Source of the DNA: Bdellovibrionales bacterium
Lineage (GTDB): Bacteria > Pseudomonadota > Alphaproteobacteria > Micavibrionales > UBA2020
Assembly (NCBI GenBank): GCA_038247245.1
Contig: JBBRVE010000001.1
Coordinates: 2,296 to 66,295, forward strand
DNA length: 64,000 bases
Reading direction: 5' to 3'
Both the position numbers and the translations under genes were made by a program. Below are positions 63,939 through 64,000 of this stretch, piece after piece; the first letter of the stretch is position 1; each line of letters opens with the position of its first letter. The notes below the pieces were generated by a model that was not told where the DNA came from, did not search any database, and saw only the letters and a list, made by a program, of their open reading frames with translations.

Positions 63939-64000
63939 GACGAAAGGGAGGGTTCAGGCCTGTTTGTTGCAGAGCGCGCGGGCGTTGGCCACGATATTTT

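Noticed and set aside
63954-64000. Apparent 3' end of a minus-strand gene running off the window (...NIVANARALCNKQA-stop).
   Set aside because: Only about 15 codons are visible, which is too short to support a feature call.

Overview
By eye this is a GC-rich alphaproteobacterial chromosomal segment. Lineage markers are a DivL-type Tyr kinase homologue, a short C-terminal-only HprK, the NDUFA12-MlaD-DUF2155 trio and an RNase E with an acidic S1 insert. Most of the window is tightly packed housekeeping: rpsF-rpsR-rplI, a fabD-fabG-acpP-fabF cluster, mltG, an AmiC-type amidase, rne, ahcY, an accD-folC-hprK-EIIA(Man)-HPr-EI string, pyrF, aat, mntH, a csp gene and tRNA-Ser(GCU). No CRISPR array, IS element, prophage or rRNA was seen. 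Items worth a second look: (1) an 876-aa class II ribonucleotide reductase (NrdJ) homologue in which every catalytic Cys/Asn/Glu position appears substituted, translationally coupled to a small membrane protein; (2) three eukaryote-like repeat proteins (two ankyrin, one MORN-variant-like) that end in a shared V-[AT]-A-P-x-[TV]-A-x-F-[RS] motif, a candidate export signal; (3) foreign-looking genes inside the fab operon (an EamA half-transporter, and an AT-rich membrane gene plus an NYN/PIN-like gene); (4) a 349-nt convergent overlap of aat with the DUF2155 gene; (5) an AT-rich single-gene islet near cspA/tRNA-Ser; (6) an ankyrin-like plus poly(A)-polymerase-head nucleotidyltransferase; (7) REP-like palindromes and several structured leaders. 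All homology statements come from reading the translations and from memory of the families; no database search was run.
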